This document shows, piece by piece, positions 1 to 10,335 of a stretch of DNA of 20,000 nt. The notes beneath the pieces are model-generated. The model saw nothing but the letters and a program-made list of their open reading frames with translations, did no database searches and was not told the DNA's origin. Numbering within the stretch: position 1 is the first letter of the stretch; every line of letters begins with the position of its first letter. A program made the position numbers and the translations under genes. This stretch comes from Chiloscyllium plagiosum (lineage: Eukaryota), in the NCBI RefSeq assembly GCF_004010195.1, contig NC_057718.1, positions 8,706,859 to 8,726,858 on the forward strand, given 5' to 3'.

Positions 1-581
1 CTGTCACTTAAAAAAGGCTAGTTTGTCCTTGTTTTTTTTTCCAAAAGTGGTCCTAAAGCCAGCGGCCCCTGAAATGTCTACTTTTAACAATGGCAGGAGA
101 ATGATCACCTCTCCCAGTTCAGGTTTCTTTCTCGATTTGGTTGAGTTGTAACAGTGAGAAGCTGCTGGTTTTGCTGTAGCAGAGAAGCTGCTGCAATGTA
201 GAGAAAGTTTCCAAGCTTCAGCAGATGATTCCTGACTGACTTTTCTCTCTGAAATCTCTCCTGTGTATAAGAACCTGTGGTTGGATTTACCTTTTGCCAG
301 GATATGTATTTATGGGATGTAATGGGAACAACTCCTTAGTTAAGTTGCTGTGTCGGGTCAGTTAGGTTTTCCAATAGTTAAGTTATTCTAAATTCCGTTT
401 TCTTTTGGTCATGTTTCAACTGAAGTGTTTAAATAAATACTGTTTTGCTTAAAGCCGAGTGGTTTGACCAGCGCATCACGGCTGGAACACCCACTTCACA
501 TCTGCCTTTAAATTAAGAAAAAGTTAGGGTCTGGGCTACCTTCTTAAAATATTTTGAGGGGGTCTGGCCTGGTCCATAACA
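1..581 (+). mobile_element. 3' part of an LTR (probable solo Gypsy-type LTR), cut by the window edge
   Basis: Ends ...GGCCTGGTCCATAACA (LTR-type terminal CA) at 581; AATAAA at ~432; no PBS or internal sequence follows. Confidence 0.55.
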
Positions 582-1171
582 GCTATTTCACCATTTTCAG
601 TCTCCATTCTGGGTTGCCAGTATCTGCTGCATTGTATTTACAAATTAGCTGAAGTTTTTGATTCCTTTCATAGGAAACCTCAATTACAAACAGCCAGGTG
701 TTTTCAGGCACAGAAGTGGCACTGTAATCACACTTTCTTTAAGAGTGTGAAGTTACCATACTTCAGTTGATTCGTTTCAGGAAAATTCAAATAATTAGAA
801 CCCAAAGAGTGTCAAATATGTCTAGAAATTTAATAGGTGCAATTATAAAAATTTTTCTTTCTCACTTCTCACCTGACTCTAGCATATTCCATCCTGTTAT
901 GCTGGTTTGCGTGTTCCTTTGTGCAGACTACTTTTAACGCTTAAGGTTTACCCTGTCTTAGCTGTTAAAGGCTTTTGGTGATGTGTATCTCCAGGCACGT
1001 ACATATGCACCCATCAATACTCATACACACCCATAAACACACTATCTGCAGTCCTCACTTTTGCCGAGTTGATTTTAACCTTACTGCGAATCCTCTTGCA
1101 AGGATGCCTACCTTGAAGAAGTTCTCCTCCTCTCTCCACAAGAATCTCAGTGAGTCTCTCTCTCTCTCACT

Positions 1172-1234
1172 NNNNNNNNNNNNNNNNNNNNNNNNNNNNN
1201 NNNNNNNNNNNNNNNNNNNNNNNNNNNNNNNNNN
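1172..1234. other. Assembly gap (63 N)
   Basis: N run between (TC)n and (CA)n tracts. Confidence 1.
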
Positions 1235-1779
1235 ACACACCCAACGACACACATCCGAACCCACACACACACACACACACACAGAGCCACACCCACCTCA
1301 GATGCACACATACACCAGAAATACATACACAATACACTCACATACATACACACACAGAGACACACAGAGAAATACACACAGAAACACACACAGACACAGC
1401 CACACACACGCATCAAGACACACACTGACACACACACAGATGCACCGACACATACATAAACACACAGATACACATGCATATGCACAGGCACACATGCACA
1501 AACACACAGACTGACACACACAGACACATACATAAACACACCCGGACATAGATGCACATGGACACACAGAAACACATACAGATGCACCCACACATACATA
1601 CACATAAAAATACTCACAGACATACCTACATACTCTCACACACATACAGGTGCACGCACACACACACACATACAGGCGCACACACATTCACACACATCCA
1701 GGCGCACGCGTGCACACATACAGGCGTGCGTACACACGCACACGCGCACACACATTCACACATATACAGGCGAGCCGTG

Positions 1780-1811
<32 letters not shown>

Positions 1812-1833
1812 CACACAGACATTCACACACATA
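1235..1833. repeat. Degenerate (CA)n/(TG)n low-complexity tract
   Basis: Interrupted CA repeats; source of the spurious HT/CV-rich ORFs. Confidence 0.95.
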
Positions 1834-1917
1834 CTGTTCCCACTCAGGTGCAGCACTTCTGTGAGCGCCTGATAAAACTGGTCAACAAATCTCTGAGTCC
1901 GCTGAGAGGTGGCGCAC

Positions 1918-1941
1918 CTACCGGGTACTCAGTGTAGATGG
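1918..1941 (-). other. Candidate microexon (20 or 24 nt)
   Basis: Minus strand: gtgtgcccctttaatacAG|CCATCTACACTGAGTACCCG|GTAGGTGCGC; donors after 1922 or 1918; open as xIYTEYP(V). Confidence 0.3.
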
Positions 1942-3356
1942 CTGTATTAAAGGGGCACACATAGGAGTCACGGAGGTTGTGGTTTTAAACTCTCCTCCAC
2001 ACAACATGGACATGTGCTCCAGGCTGACGCTGCACAGCAATGGTGAGGGATTGCTGCACTGTCAGAGATGCTGGTGAATATTCCCTGTTGTACTGGTTAA
2101 CAATGTGGCATCTTGCTGCGTGGAAACTGGCAGCCACGTTTCCCATGTGACCAAGCACACTTCCAACGTATCGAATTGTCAAGTGTTTTGGGAAGTCCGA
2201 GGGATGTAAAAAGTGGTATATAAATCCAGTACTTACTTTAGTAGCTGCCCAGTGACCAACTCAGTGTGGTTCAGTAATGGTGTCATTGTTAGCTCTATTG
2301 TACTGGAGGTGTTGATTGGACTGATTGAGTCAGCATACACTCCACATTTGGTTCCAAAACCCTCTCGTGTTCCCACTCAGACTTATCAAATAACATTTAT
2401 CTTCATTAAATGACATCTGTCACTTGATGGTACAAACTTCTATCCAATTTATTGTGGTTGTCTGCCAAGAAGCAGTGGGCTTCAAGCACAGTACATCAAT
2501 CACTGCCAGAGAAATGATGCCACAGCATGTAACTGAACAGAGAAATGAGCAGCAACTCCTGCTGATCTGGCTACAGCTTTATTCTCAAAAGTCAATACAC
2601 TTCCCTGGTTACGATGTACATTCTGTGCCCACGAGATTTCAACAGATCATTGAAAACTACCAACAGCTTTGTAGCACACTTTATAAACTGCGGCATGAAT
2701 AGGGAGGGCTTATTCAGTGCGACTAGTAAGTCAGGGTTTCACCTTGAGTCTCGTTCTTCACTCAGTCACCCCCTCTCTCGATCACGTTTTTCAAACATTT
2801 TAAAAACCTGGATTCACTCACCCCTCACCCTCCTGTTCTCCAGGAAATGCACGGCACTGTCATACAAACTGCTCTTCTTCTACAATTGGGTTGAATGGCA
2901 CTAGAACTGGCATGATGGGCTGAATGGTCTTTGGTCAGTCAGTTTCCCATTGGAAAGGTCTGGGGACGGGTAGGATTTCAAGCGAAGAATGAGGTGGAAG
3001 TTTCTATAGTGATTGGTGAAGGGGGAGTGTGGGTGTGGTGGCAATGTGTGAGCAGGAGTAAGGTGGGAACTTGGTGGAACACTCAAACCCCTTCCGTTCC
3101 TGCGTTAGAGAGTCAGAAACGGAGAATTATTTTAAAAGGCAACCTCAATGGGCATCCTCTGACCTTGGCTCCATGTTGTAGTACAAGGAGCTTGGATCTG
3201 ATAGGTTAATAGCTAATGAATGCATTAAGTTCCAACTATTATGACAAGGTCATAAGAATTTGGGGAGAAAGTGAGGGCTGCAGATGCTAGAGATTAGAGC
3301 TGAAAATGTGTTGCTGGAAAAGCGCAGCAGGTCAGGCAGCATCCAAGGAACAGGAG

Positions 3357-3392
3357 GATCGACGTTTCGGGCATAAGCCCTTCTTCAGGAAT
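3357..3392 (-). ncRNA. Minimal hammerhead ribozyme motif (intact core)
   Basis: Minus strand ATTC-CTGAAGA-A-GGGC-TTAT-GCCC-GAAA-CG-TC-GATC: CUGANGA, stem II, GAAA, UH. Confidence 0.8.
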
Positions 3393-3519
3393 GAGGAAAG
3401 TGTGTCCAGCAGGCTAAGATAAAAGGTAGGGAGGAGGGACTTGGGGGAGGGGCTTTGGAAATGCGATAGGTGGAGGGAGGTCAAGGTGAGGGTGATAGGC
3501 CGGAGTGGTGATAGGCCAC

Positions 3520-3738
3520 CTACTTGCGGAACATTTCAGAGAACACCTCTGGGTCACCCGGACCAACCAACCCAACCACCCCGTAGCTCAACACTTTAAA
3601 TCCCCCTCTCACTCCACCAAGGACATGCAGGTCCTTGGACTCCTCCATCGCCAGACCATGGCAACATGACGGTTGGAGGAAGAGCGCCTCATCTTCTGCC
3701 TGGGAACCCTCCAACCACAAGGGATGAACTCAGATTTC
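3520..3738 (+). pseudogene. C-terminal fragment of a PLE GIY-YIG endonuclease
   Basis: Translates LLAEHFREHL...NHPVAQHFKSPSH...T*RLGEERLIFCLGTLQPQGMNSDF; RxxEH, HF and GxN motifs; one internal stop. Confidence 0.85.
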
Positions 3739-3961
3739 TCCAGTTTCCTCATTTCCCCTCCCCCCACCTTGTCTCAGTCAAATACCTCGAACTCAGCACC
3801 GCCTTCCTAACCTGCAATCATCTTCCTGACCTCTCCGCCCCCACCCCACTCCGGCCTATCACCCTCACCTTGACCTCCCTCCACCTATCGCATTTCCAAA
3901 GCCCCTCCCCCAAGTCCCTCCTCCCTACCTTTTATCTTAGCCTGCTGGACACACTTTCCTC

Positions 3962-3997
3962 ATTCCTGAAGAAGGGCTTATGCCCGAAACATCAATT
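3962..3997 (+). ncRNA. Minimal hammerhead motif (CpG-decayed copy)
   Basis: CTGAAGAAGGGCTTATGCCCGAAACATC. Confidence 0.7.
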
Positions 3998-4149
3998 CTC
4001 CTGCTCCTTGGATGCTGCCTGACCTGCTGCGCTTTTCCAGCAACACATTTTCAGCTCATAAGAATTTGGCTCAGGAAAACAGCTCTCATGTCAAAGGAGA
4101 TAGACTAATGATCTTGGCCACCTCATAGACATATTTTCAAACAATATGC

Positions 4150-4226
4150 CACACCTTTGGAGCTGCTCGGAACCTGTGCCTCCTGGCCAAGAAGTAGAGA
4201 CACTACCATTGTGCCAAAACAGACCT
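4150..4226 (-). mobile_element. Degenerate tRNA-derived SINE head
   Basis: GAACC...CTGGC..AGAAGTAGAGACACTACC pattern, similar to 7590-7650. Confidence 0.4.
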
Positions 4227-4241
4227 TATCATTTAGCTTGT

Positions 4242-5103
4242 ACCATAAGACCATAAAACAGAGAAATTAGGCCATTCAGCCCATTGATTCCACTCCACCA
4301 TTCAATCATGGCTGATATGTTTCTGAACACTAGTCTTCCACTTTCTCCCCGTAACCTTTGATCCCCTTGACAATCGAGAACCTATCTATCTCTGTTTTAA
4401 ATATCCTCAGTGACTTGGCCTCCACAGCCTTCTGTGGCAGTGAACTCCACAGATTCACCCCTCTCTGGCTGAAGAGGTTTCGCCTTATCTCCGTTCCATA
4501 GGATCTTCCCTTTATTCTATTAATGTGCCCTCAGGTCCTTGTCTCTCCTGCCAATGGAAACATCTCCCCAACCTCCACTCTCTCCAGGCTGTTCGGTATT
4601 CAGTCAAGATTAGAGTGGTGCTGGAAAAGCACAGCAGATCAGGCAGTATCCGAGGAGCAGGAAAAATCGATGTTTCAGGCAAAAGCCCTTCATCAGGAAG
4701 AGCTGAATTCCTGATAAACAGCTTTTGCCCAAAACATCGATTTTACTGCTCCTCAGATGCTGTCTGACCTGCTGTGCTTTTCCAGCACCACTCTAATCTA
4801 GACTCTAATCTCCAGCATCTGCAGCAGGAAGAGCTGAATTCCTGATAAAGAGCTTTTGCCCAAAACGTCGATTTTACTGCTCCTCAGATGCTGCCTGACC
4901 TGCTGTGCTTTTCCAGCACCACTCTAATCTAGACTCTAATCTCCAGCATCTGCAGTACCCACTTCTGCCTGTTCAGTATTCAGTTAGTATCAATTAGATC
5001 CCCCCCCTCATCCTTCTAAGTTCCATCATATATAGTCCCAGAGTCCTCAAATATTCCTCAGGTGTTAAACCTTTCATTCTCGGGAACATTCTCATGAATC
5101 TCC
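4242..5103 (-). mobile_element. CR1 LINE 3' fragment interrupted by a PLE derivative
   Basis: Repeated CCATAA tail, CR1 3'UTR and ORF2 C-terminus on the minus strand; split by the 4605-4968 insertion. Confidence 0.85.
4605..4968 (+). mobile_element. Non-coding fold-back PLE derivative with an internal 131-bp tandem duplication
   Basis: Inverted arm 4605-4700; direct units 4694-4824 and 4825-4955; TSD CTGTTC(G/A)GTATTCAGT at 4589-4604 and 4969-4984; three hammerhead-like motifs. Confidence 0.9.
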
Positions 5104-5350
5104 CTTTCACCGTTGTGCAACAAATACCTGCTCATTTAAAATACAAGGCATTTCCCATTAAGACTCTCCAGTGATTTTCTTTTACCATCATCATCCAAAT
5201 AGGCCCTTCGGCCCACTTAGAGAAAGAGAATGGTGCCAGCATACACACCAATCATGAGCTAATAGCATTGGCATCACAACACAAGCATCAGGTACTGCAG
5301 CCAATGTATAGCAAACCAGGGTATGAATCCAGTGCTCCACCAAGGGGTAG

Positions 5351-5669
5351 TTTTTATTTACTCATGGGGCATGGATGGCAGTGGCTGGGACAGCATTTAT
5401 TCCCCATCTCTACTTACCCTGGAGAAAGTGGTGATGAACTGCCTTCCTGAAACACTACAGTCCATCTACTGTAGGTATATTCCACCACGCCAATAGGGAG
5501 TGAATTCCAGGGTTTTGACCCAGTGACAATGAAAGAACAGCGAATTATTTCCCAGTCAGGATGGTGAGTGTGTTGGAGAGGAACTTGCAGTTGGGGGTGT
5601 TCCCACATATCTGCTGACCTTGTTCTTCTAGATGGTAGTGGCCATGGGTTTGGAAGGTGCTGTCTGAAG
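5351..5669 (-). mobile_element. 3' end of an L2/CR1-group LINE
   Basis: Minus strand reads GSKPWNSLP...; tail AATAAATGCTGTCCCAGCC...CCCATGAGTAAATAAAAA. Confidence 0.75.
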
Positions 5670-5957
5670 ATCTAGCTTAGTTGCCTCTTTCTTTTGATCG
5701 TCTTACGTTTGCCTCCTGTTGTCCTGTAGTCTGAGCACCAGTGTTGGGCGTGATGCTGAATTCAGAATTGCCAATGGTACATTCTTGATTATTTCCACCT
5801 TTATTTCAGCTCTGAACTGTTACCATCCTGGGAAAAATACTCGAAGGTTAGTGAAAGGATGGAGGCTTTCTTCTAACACACTGGACCAAGCAGGTCCTTT
5901 AGATCCCAACCTCAAAGGAGGTTGGTGGCAATCAACCAGCTTTCTGGTAATCAGTTA

Positions 5958-6189
5958 GGAAAAAGTGTGGACTGCAGATGCTGGAGATCAGAGTCGCAAG
6001 CGTGGTGCTGGAAAAGCACAGCAGGTCAGGCAGCATCAGAGGAGCAGGAGAATCAACGTTTCAGGCAGGAGTCCTTCATCAGGAATAGAGGCCTCATTCG
6101 TGATGAAGGGCTTATACCCGAAACATTGATTTTCCTACTCCTCAAGTGCTGCCTGACCTGCTGTGCTTTTCCAGCAAGACGCTGTTGAC
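5958..6189. mobile_element. Non-coding fold-back PLE derivative
   Basis: Inverted arms around a ~10-bp spacer at ~6087-6095; hammerhead motifs on both strands; TSD TTCTGGTAATCA(G/A)TTA at 5942-5957 and 6190-6205. Confidence 0.9.
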
Positions 6190-6424
6190 TTCTGGTAATC
6201 AATTATTCAACCAGCCTATACAACATGGTGAGCAGTGTTAAGGGTTCACTAGATAATGCATGCCTCAGTCCCTGTCTTGACTTGAAAACCCTGCTGGTTG
6301 CCCCAGTCAAGAACTACAGAAAAACTAGAGTTAAATCATAAAATCTCCCCCAGTAGAGATTTTTGATTGAAGAAGCCAGCTAACAATCTCAGCTGCAGAA
6401 AGGAACAACGTAGGTGACAAGAGA

Positions 6425-6850
6425 ATCATCCAAATCATAGAGATGTACAGCACAGAAACAGACTCTTCAGTCCAACCTGTCCATGCCAACCAGATATCCT
6501 AAATTAACCTAGTCCCATTTGCCAGCATTTGGCCCATATCCCTCAAAATCCTTTCTATTCATGTACCTATCCAGATGCCTTTTAAATGTTGCAATTGTAC
6601 CAGCCTCCATCACTTCCTCTGGCAGCTCATTCCATACAGACACCACCTTCTATGTGAAAATGGTCTCTTTCGTATATTTCCACTCTCACTTTAAACCTAT
6701 GCCCTCAAGTTTTGGACTCCCCTCTACTGGGAAAAAAGCCTTTGGCTATTCATCATATCTATGATTTGAAAACTTCTATAAGGTCACCGCTCAGCCTCCA
6801 GCACTCCAGGGAATAGCCCCAGCCTATTCAGCCTCTCCCTACAGCTCAAA
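6425..6850 (-). mobile_element. HER1-type CR1 LINE 3' fragment
   Basis: Colinear with 19301-19674; CATAGAGATGTACAGCAC.GAAACAGA tail. Confidence 0.85.
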
Positions 6851-6922
6851 TGGTGGGACTCTGGTGTATTCCCACCCTTGCAACTGTTGATCCTCATTGA
6901 TAATGGAGGTAGTGGCAGGGTT

Positions 6923-7217
6923 TTAGATTAGATTCCCTACAGGGTGGAAACAGGCCCTTTGGCCCAACAAGTCCACACCGACCCGCTGAAGACTAACCCA
7001 TCCCCCTCTGACTAATGCACCTAACAGCTTTGGACAATTTAGCATGGCTAATTCACCTGACCTGCACGTCTTTGGACTGTGGGAGGAAACCGGAGCACCC
7101 AGAGGAAACCCACGCAGACACAGGGAGAATGTACAAACTCCACATAGACAGTCACCCGAGGCTGGAACTGAACCTGGCGCTGTGAAGCAGCAGTGCTAAC
7201 CACTGAGCCATCATACC
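6923..7217 (-). mobile_element. HE1-type V-SINE
   Basis: (AGATT)n tail, V-domain GGAAACCGGAGCACCCAGAGGAAACCCACGCAGACAC, tRNA-like head. Confidence 0.92.
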
Positions 7218-7277
7218 AAATGACCTCCTTGGAGTGCTATAGCGCTTCTTTGATTCCTTAATTATTAAATTTGAATT

Positions 7278-8010
7278 TTACATGGGATATGGGTATCTCT
7301 GGTAAGGCCAGCATTTGTTGTCCATCTCTAATTACCCATAAACTGAGTGCTTTGCTATGATCTTTTCAATGGGCAGTTAACAGCCAGACCCATTACTGTG
7401 GGCCTGGAGTCACACATAGGCCATGTTGGGTAGGGATGGGAGGTTTCCTTCTGAAGTGAACCAAATGGATGTCAAACTGCTATTCCTGAAATCAGCTTTA
7501 AATTCCAGATTATTTTGAATGCTACCAGCTGCCTTGTTCCAGTTTGATCCAGGCTCTCTAATCAGAGAGTCCATTGTACATCTCTAGCACAGGTGGGAAT
7601 TGAGCCTGGATCTCTTGGCTCAGAGATAGGGACACTACCTCAGTAGCCCCCACCCAGTGATTAGATTTCTTACGGTGTGGAATCAGGCCTTTTGGGCCAA
7701 CAAATCCACACTGACCCTTCGAAGACCCATTCCCCCCTGACTAATGCACCTCACACTATGGGCAGTTAGCATGGCCAATTCGCCTGGCCTGCACATCTTT
7801 AGATTATGGGAGGAAACCGGAGCACCCACGCAGACACGGGGAGAACGTGCAAACTCCACACAGAGACAGCCACCCGTGGCGGGAATTGAACCCGAGTCCC
7901 TGGCGCTGCGAGGCAGCAGTGCTAACCACTGAGCCTCTATGCTACCCTAGTGTTGCCTGGACATTTGCCTGGGTCTCTAGATTACCAGGCAAGTAAAATT
8001 ATCACACCAA
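7278..8010 (-). mobile_element. Old tRNA-derived SINE with a LINE-shared tail, split by younger SINEs
   Basis: Tail 7281-7337 resembles the LINE tail at 5362-5419; body to ~7560; probable head remnant at 7961-8010. Confidence 0.6.
7659..7947 (-). mobile_element. HE1-type V-SINE
   Basis: Same tail, V-domain and head as the other copies; 11-bp deletion in the V-domain. Confidence 0.92.
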
Positions 8011-8513
8011 GTCACTCTTAAGACATCTCAGTTAGATCATACCTCAAATGTCCGCGCTCAGGGAAAGCCCCATTACAGTAGGCCTTATGATTTAACTCTT
8101 CTAGTCCTCAGATCATTCTGGTTAATTTAAACTGCACCCCTTCCAATTCACATCTTTAGATTATGGGAGGAAACCTGAGCACCCGGAGGAAACCCACGCA
8201 GACACGGGGAGAACGTGCAAACTCCACACAGACAGTCACCCGAGGCGGGAATTGAACGCGAGTCCCTGGCGCTGTGAGGCAGCAGTGCTAACCACTGAGC
8301 CTCTATGCCACCCTAGTGTTGCCTGGACATTTGCCTGAGTCTTAGATTACCAGGCAAGTAACATTATGACACCAAGTCACCCTTAAGACATCTCAGTTAG
8401 ATCATACCTCAAATGTCCGCGCTCAGGGAAAGCCCCATTACAGTAGGCCTTATGATTTAACTCTTCTAGTCCTCAGATCATTCTGGTTAATTTAAACTGC
8501 ACCCCTTCCAATT
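7792..8513. repeat. ~360-bp tandem duplication (7792-8148, 8149-8513) including the HE1 5' half
   Basis: Two colinear units, each starting CACATCTTTAGATTATGGGAGG and ending CCCCTTCCAATT. Confidence 0.95.
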
Positions 8514-8904
8514 CCTGTTTGCCAATGGGTTAATGTATTAGTGACAGCAGCTGATAGACTGAGAGACCAAATTGACCTGATGATAATTAATATTCCATAG
8601 CTTGTTGGCACCAAAGCACTGGTGTCTGACTATCCTGTCATGTTCCACTGTAAATGATTAGAATTGCCTACACTCTCACTAAAATTAGCAAAGTTCTCTG
8701 GCTCTGCCCCAGAATTGAAAAAAGGAAACAACAGATGGCAACCGAACAAAATTAGTGGATGAATTCACTGATCCCACGCTCTCAGTGGGGAGTCACATTC
8801 AGAGTCAGCATGGGTTGGAAATTCACACAAGTTCCAAGGTGCCTGTAAACACAGTAGGGCCAGTTTGCTATTACTCAGTGTATCCACTGGAACGAACACA
8901 GGAA

Positions 8905-9920
8905 CAGAAGAGAAATACAGAACTCAAGAAACAAGGCCAGGAATAGTCTATTGAGTTTGCTGCAGAAGGCAATATGATCATAAGAACTTAACAACATTAG
9001 AAATAAGCGGTCATCTGGCCTGCTCCGCCATTCAATAAGATCATGGCCTATCTTTTTGTGGACTCAGGCGAAAGTGAGGACTGCAGATGCTGGAGATTAA
9101 AGTCGAGAGTGTGGTGCTGGAAAAGCACAACAGGTCAGGCTGCATCCGAGGGGCTGGACAATCGACCTTTCTGGCTAAAGCCCTTCACCAGGAAGGCTTT
9201 TGTGGACTCAGGTTTTTGGGGGCTCAGCTCCACTTCCCCACCTGCTCACCATAACCCTTAACTCATTTACTGTTCAAAAATCTATCTTTGCCTTAAAAAC
9301 ATTCAATGAGCTAGCCTCAACTGCTTCACTGGGCGGGGAATTCCACAGATTCACAACCTTTTGGAAGAAGGACTTCCTCCTCAACTCTGTCCTAAATCTC
9401 CTCCCCCTTATTTTGATGTTCTTCCCCCTTAGTTCTCGTTTCACCCACCAATGGGAACAACCTCTCTGCTTCTACCTTATCTATTCCATTCATACGTTTT
9501 ATATTTCCACAAGATTCCCCCTCATTCTTCTAAATTCCAATGTATAGTCCCAGTCTATTCAATGTCTCCTTATAAGGCAATGAGGCTTCCAGTACTTACC
9601 CTCTCAAGCCAACTCTCTACATCCCTTGATTATCTGAAGCCTTAGATTCAATGATGGAACTTTCACAACCCTCCAGGGTAGATATTTCCAATGATTCACC
9701 TTGCGCTGCGTGAAGAAATCTCTCCTCATCTCAATGCCAATCATCCCCTTATCCAGAAGCTGAGTCCCCGTATTTTAGATTTCCCAATCATTGGAGACAA
9801 TCACTCAGCGACCACATTATCAAGCACCCCAGGGCTCTGCATAATCCATTGACATCACCTCTCATTTTTCAAAACTCCAGAGAACATGAATCCCATTTCC
9901 TCAGCCTCTTATTGTGGAGC
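8905..9920 (-). mobile_element. Nested CR1 3' fragments (younger ~8979-9581 inside older ~8905-8978 + ~9582-9920)
   Basis: Two successive CR1 C-terminal/3'UTR patterns (TTCCA.AGATTCAC...GAAGAA). Confidence 0.7.
9069..9197 (-). mobile_element. Single-arm PLE terminal fragment with a decayed hammerhead
   Basis: AAAGTGAGGACTGCAGATGCTGGAG end; TSD TTTTGTGGACTCAGG at 9054-9068 and 9198-9212. Confidence 0.88.
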
Positions 9921-10119
9921 AGTGCCCTTATTCCAAGGGACTATTTTAGGACAAAAGAACATAGAACCAGGAGAACACATCTCAACTCCTCCAGAAAATA
10001 TATAGCAATTACACAAACTCAGGATGTTGCAAACTGCTTTCCAAAGACTGAAATATCTATTCACCATAAAATCCTTACAGTGCAGATAGAGGCCATCAAC
10101 ACTGACCCTCAAAAGAGCA

Positions 10120-10335
10120 TCCAAGCCTCATATTTCCATATGGGGTCCTTTGGGTCTAATCTCTCCCTCAAGGGAAACATCCTTTCAGCATCAATTCTGT
10201 TATTTGCCTCAGGATCTAATACAATTCAATAAGATTCTTCTAAATTCCAATAGATAGAGGTCCAACCTATCCCTGTAAGATAAATATCTCTTCCTGGGAT
10301 CCATTTGAATAAAACATCTCTGACCTGCTTCGAAT
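10120..10335 (-). mobile_element. Ancient CR1 fragment (downstream half)
   Basis: Minus strand FEAGQRCFIQM...LSYRDRLDLYLLEFRR, resembling CR1 LEGVQRRFTRM...LSYEERL. Confidence 0.7.

Larger units (their letters stand above)
3264..4057 (+). mobile_element. Penelope-like (Neptune-type) truncated element with inverted terminal arms
   Basis: 212-bp inverted arms 3297-3508/3846-4057; central GIY-YIG C-terminal fragment; TSD TCATAAGAATTTGG at 3250-3263 and 4056-4069. Confidence 0.9.

Noticed and set aside
873..961. Minus-strand AG...GTGAGA exon-like segment
   Set aside because: Stops in all three frames.
1848..1908. Plus-strand exon VQHFCERLIKLVNKSLSPLR after CCCACTCAG
   Set aside because: Donor GTGGCG is poor and there is no recognisable homology.
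975..1937. Many His/Thr- or Cys/Val-rich ORFs
   Set aside because: Translations of CA/TG repeats, some across the N gap.
2237..2302. Minus-strand 66-nt segment ending in AA|GTAAGT
   Set aside because: A-rich weak acceptor; no supporting homology.
3264..6189. Class II MITEs, suggested by the inverted repeats
   Set aside because: Arms are unequal, TSDs are long, and GIY-YIG and hammerhead sequence point to a Penelope-like origin.
4694..8513. CRISPR-like arrays
   Set aside because: Only two-unit tandem duplications without spacers, in eukaryotic DNA.
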